Shown: one piece after another, positions 60,680 through 64,000 of the stretch
Layout of the letters: every line of letters starts with the position of its first letter
How positions within the stretch are numbered: position 1 is the first letter of the stretch
Source of the DNA: Phyllosticta citribraziliensis
Taxonomy: Eukaryota
Assembly (NCBI RefSeq): GCF_038025025.1
Contig: NW_027117343.1
Coordinates: forward strand, 2,294,001 to 2,358,000
Reading direction: 5' to 3'
Length of the DNA stretch: 64,000 nucleotides
The notes under the pieces: generated by a model
Told to the model about the DNA's origin: nothing
Database searches by the model: none
The model's input: only the letters and a program-made list of their open reading frames with translations
Translations under genes and position numbers: made by a program

Positions 60680-62483
60680 ATGTACGGTGCTGCTGTTGTC
60701 GTTGCGTGGGTTTGCGGCGCTGCCACTGCCGCCACCGCCACGTCTTTTGCTCCCCGCGCTGAGCTTATTCCTGAACGCCCCTCCATCTCTGTTGGTCCCA
60801 TACCTCCTTACAGGCCGCTGCCAACATCGCCGCCGAGAAACAGAACCTGCGTCGTGTCTGCGCATGGCAACGGGACTGACGATGGGCCCGCCGTACTTGA
60901 TGCATTCAAGAGCTGCAACAATGGCGGTGCGGTGGTCCTTTCCGAGAATACGACCTACACGATTGGAACGGCCCTGGACTTGACTTTTCTCGAACACGTC
61001 GATTGGGGTAAGCTTATCTTTGCGTTTCCTGTCTGCTGGCTCCTTGGTCGCATGGGTCTTTGCTGTTTCGTTCATGTGTCTGTTTTGTTTTTCCTGCCGA
61101 CGAGGGTGCGAGTCTTTAGCCGCAAGCAAAACCACTGCCACCAAGAAAATCAACACACTTGGTCAAGACAAAGTCTTCAGCCTAAGCAACTTTCATTGTT
61201 CTCTACCATATTTCAGTCCAGTCGTCTGTACAGATTTCTTCTCTTTATTTTCATGCACCGGCTGCATATCAAAAGGAAAAGTCGTTGGCCCGGCTCGCAT
61301 CATCCGTGGTCTGCACCATCCCCACGAAAATACTTATCAAGCCATGGTCTCTCACCACATAATGCCCCGGCTAACCACGGACCCCCAGTCATCGGCGGCA
61401 CCGTCCTCTTCACCAACGACACCGACTACTGGCAAAAGGCCGGCTTCAACCAAACCTTCCAAAACGCCACAACCTTCTTCCAACTGGGCGGCAGCGACGT
61501 CAATGTCTACGGCGGCGGCACGCTGGACGGTCAAGGCCAAGCATGGTGGGACCTGTACGCGTCCGACATCTACATCCTGCGGCCCATCCTCTTCGGCACC
61601 ATCGGGCTGCGCGGCGGCCTCATCGCCGACCTCAACCTGCGCAACAGCCCGCAGTGGTACAACATTGTGGCCAACAGCAGCGATGTCGTGTTTAGCGGGA
61701 TTAGCATCGAGGGTGAGAGTCAGAGCGAGAATGAGGCCAAGAATACGGATGGCTGGGATACGTATCGGAGTGACAATATTGTCATCATGGATAGTGTGAT
61801 TAACAATGGCGATGATTGCGTTGCGTTTAAACCAAACTCGACGGGCGTCGTGGTCCAGGGCTTGGTGTGTAACGGTAGCCATGGAGTCAGCGTGGGCAGT
61901 TTGGGACAGTATGTTGGAGAGGTGGATTTGGTGGAGGACGTCTATGTGAGTCCACCTTTCCCAACCTTTACTTGTCGCCGTTCCGGAACCAGGACAGGCA
62001 GGCGTGGCCGCGACGAATCAGCCAAAGCTAACCGCGCCATCCTAGGTCTACAACATCTCCATGAGCAACGCCTCCGACGGCGCACGCATCAAAGTGTGGC
62101 CCGGCAGCCCCTCAGCGCTCTCGGGCGACCTGCAAGGCGGCGGCGGCAGCGGCGCCGTCAACAACATCACGTACGACACGATGACGGTCAGCAACGTCGA
62201 CTACGCCATCGAAATCACGCAGTGCTACGGGCAGAAGAACCTGACGCTGTGCCACGAGTTCCCGGCCAACCTGACCATCTCCAACATTCTGATCAAGAAC
62301 TTCACCGGCACCACCAGCGACAAGTATGACCCGCTCGTCGGCACGCTGGTCTGCTCGAGCGAGACGGTTTGCAGTAATATCACTGTGCAGGATATTGATG
62401 TCAAGAGCCCGAGTGGCACGAATGAGTTTGAGTGTACGAATATTGACGAGACGAATTTGGCTGTCAATTGTACGTCGGGATAG
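60680..62483 (+). CDS. Secreted GH28 exo-polygalacturonase (PgxB-like); introns 61008-61388 and 61946-62045
   Basis: Signal peptide; GH28 motifs [55 protein letters not shown]. Confidence 0.95.
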
Positions 62484-63546
62484 GTGTGGGCGAAGTTGAT
62501 CCTGTTTGTAGATATGTCAATGGATTCTGGAACGGCAGACGAGTGCATGTAATCAAAAGAACATGTTGACACATTTCTGAAGAGCTGCTCGACTTCCAGG
62601 CATGTCTATCCTCAGGCAAGCACTTGGCTTCTTCATAAGCGCATGTGACGACTGGAGGGGCGACGCGTTGCGTGAAACATGTTTGCCAATGGCACGAACG
62701 AGACGGTCGAGGGAGTAAGGCAAGGCGTCAAAGAGCCCGGAAGCTTTGCTGGGCAGTTGTAGATGACAATACACGCAAGGAAGTTTCGATGTTGTAGCTG
62801 CGGAAAAGTAGTTCCCAACCGGATTCGTGCTCCGAGGCAGGAAATCAGCCAATGCAGCTCGTCAAGAACGACAAGTCATTTCCCTCCGACGTTGAGTGCT
62901 TTAGCCCGTCATCGTGAAGCTTTCAGGGCTGTTGACCTAGCCACAGAGGGTAACAAAGAGATGGAGAATCCTGGCACTGCAGCAGCAGCACTCAGGTAGC
63001 ATTCTCTCGCTACCACGGGTGAAGTCAGGGAGCTGCCATTCGCTGCCACTGACCATCGCGGACAGGCTCATGGAGTCACTTTTGACCCATGATGTAAAAT
63101 CGGAACCACTCAGGGACGTCATTCAAGACGAAATCCCATCCTCACCCAGCGGCTTGTGTATGGAATCGATTGGAGTTGGACGCTTCGGGACGAATCGGAC
63201 ATGTCACTGTTTTGGCTCAAAGCACGTTTGAAAGCGATAGAGCGCGAGGAACCCTTGGTTTTGTGTGGAAAAGTCGCCGCTGGATTTCTGAGCTCGTCAA
63301 TCGTCACGGCCGTCTTGGTCGCCGTCCTGAACTAAAGCTTTCCAGCCCCCCATGCAGCCACGCTCCTTTGAGTCCCGAGTCCGTTTTTTGCACCGAAAAA
63401 AAAGAAGAGCATTGCCTGTGCTGCGAGTCAGCCAAACCGCGCGCATTTCTCAATACACAGCCCTCGCCCGCGCGCAAACGCCGGGCGATGCTCGAAAACG
63501 TACCATTCCCCAACAATGTGACCCTTTCTATATCTTTTCCGCGCGT

Positions 63547-63919
63547 TTACCGGCTGGCGCTCCACACGTTCTTGACGAAACCGTCACGCTGCGCCAGGCG
63601 GTTGAGGGAGTCGTCGCTCTCGCCCATGGCGCGGACGAAGCCGCAGAGGGCGTAGGTCTGGTTCTCGCCCGTGTACCTGCCGTTCTCGTCGACCTTGCCG
63701 ATGGAGAGCTGGACCGAGGCGTGGTCCTTGGCCTTGATGATGCGGTTGGTCGCAGAGCACTTGCGGGGGACGTAGCTGTGGCGCGTGTTAGAAACAAAAC
63801 TCTGGGCTCCCTTTTGGTCGTGGGAATGAGGCCTTTCGGGGCGCTGGCTGGCAGCGTCTCTAGAGGCCCGGCGGGGGTTTGGCGTACAGGTCCACGAGCT
63901 CGCCACGTTCGTTCTCCAT
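63547..63919 (-). CDS. RPS21: 40S ribosomal protein S21; intron 63887-63776
   Basis: [33 protein letters not shown]...[20 protein letters not shown]. Confidence 0.98.
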
Positions 63920-64000
63920 TTTTGCGTTTGAGGTGAGGGTCGGGAAGGGTTGGCTGAGGGTGTCGGTCTGGCGGTTGTCGTCGCTGGCGGGCGGGTCGTC

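Overview
GC-rich, intron-containing genomic DNA from a filamentous ascomycete (Pezizomycotina, possibly a Dothideomycete; taxon inferred from gene content and splice signals). The window holds about 20 protein-coding loci. Housekeeping or conserved genes are PNC1, a LicD/MNN4-like transferase, an aldo-keto reductase, an ERD2-like receptor, DOM34, HMT1, RTC1/SEA2, UTR2/CRH2, XLF/NEJ1, cactin, a forkhead factor and RPS21. Secreted enzymes are a GH12, a GH28 exo-polygalacturonase and a degenerate pepsin-like protein. There are also an NCS1 purine-cytosine-permease-family transporter, two hypothetical genes and two probable pseudogenes. The main non-ORF signal is a complete thiamine-pyrophosphate (TPP) riboswitch aptamer (15054-15206, minus strand) inside a predicted 562-nt first intron of the NCS1 permease. 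It is accompanied by a hidden 8-codon first exon, alternative 5' splice sites and two separate anti-aptamer elements, which together suggest a dual splicing-control mechanism. The second signal is a small Tc1/mariner-type MITE family (at least 4-5 copies) whose length varies in steps of an internal 33-bp unit. All exon/intron models were read by eye from splice consensus and frame continuity and have no RNA support.
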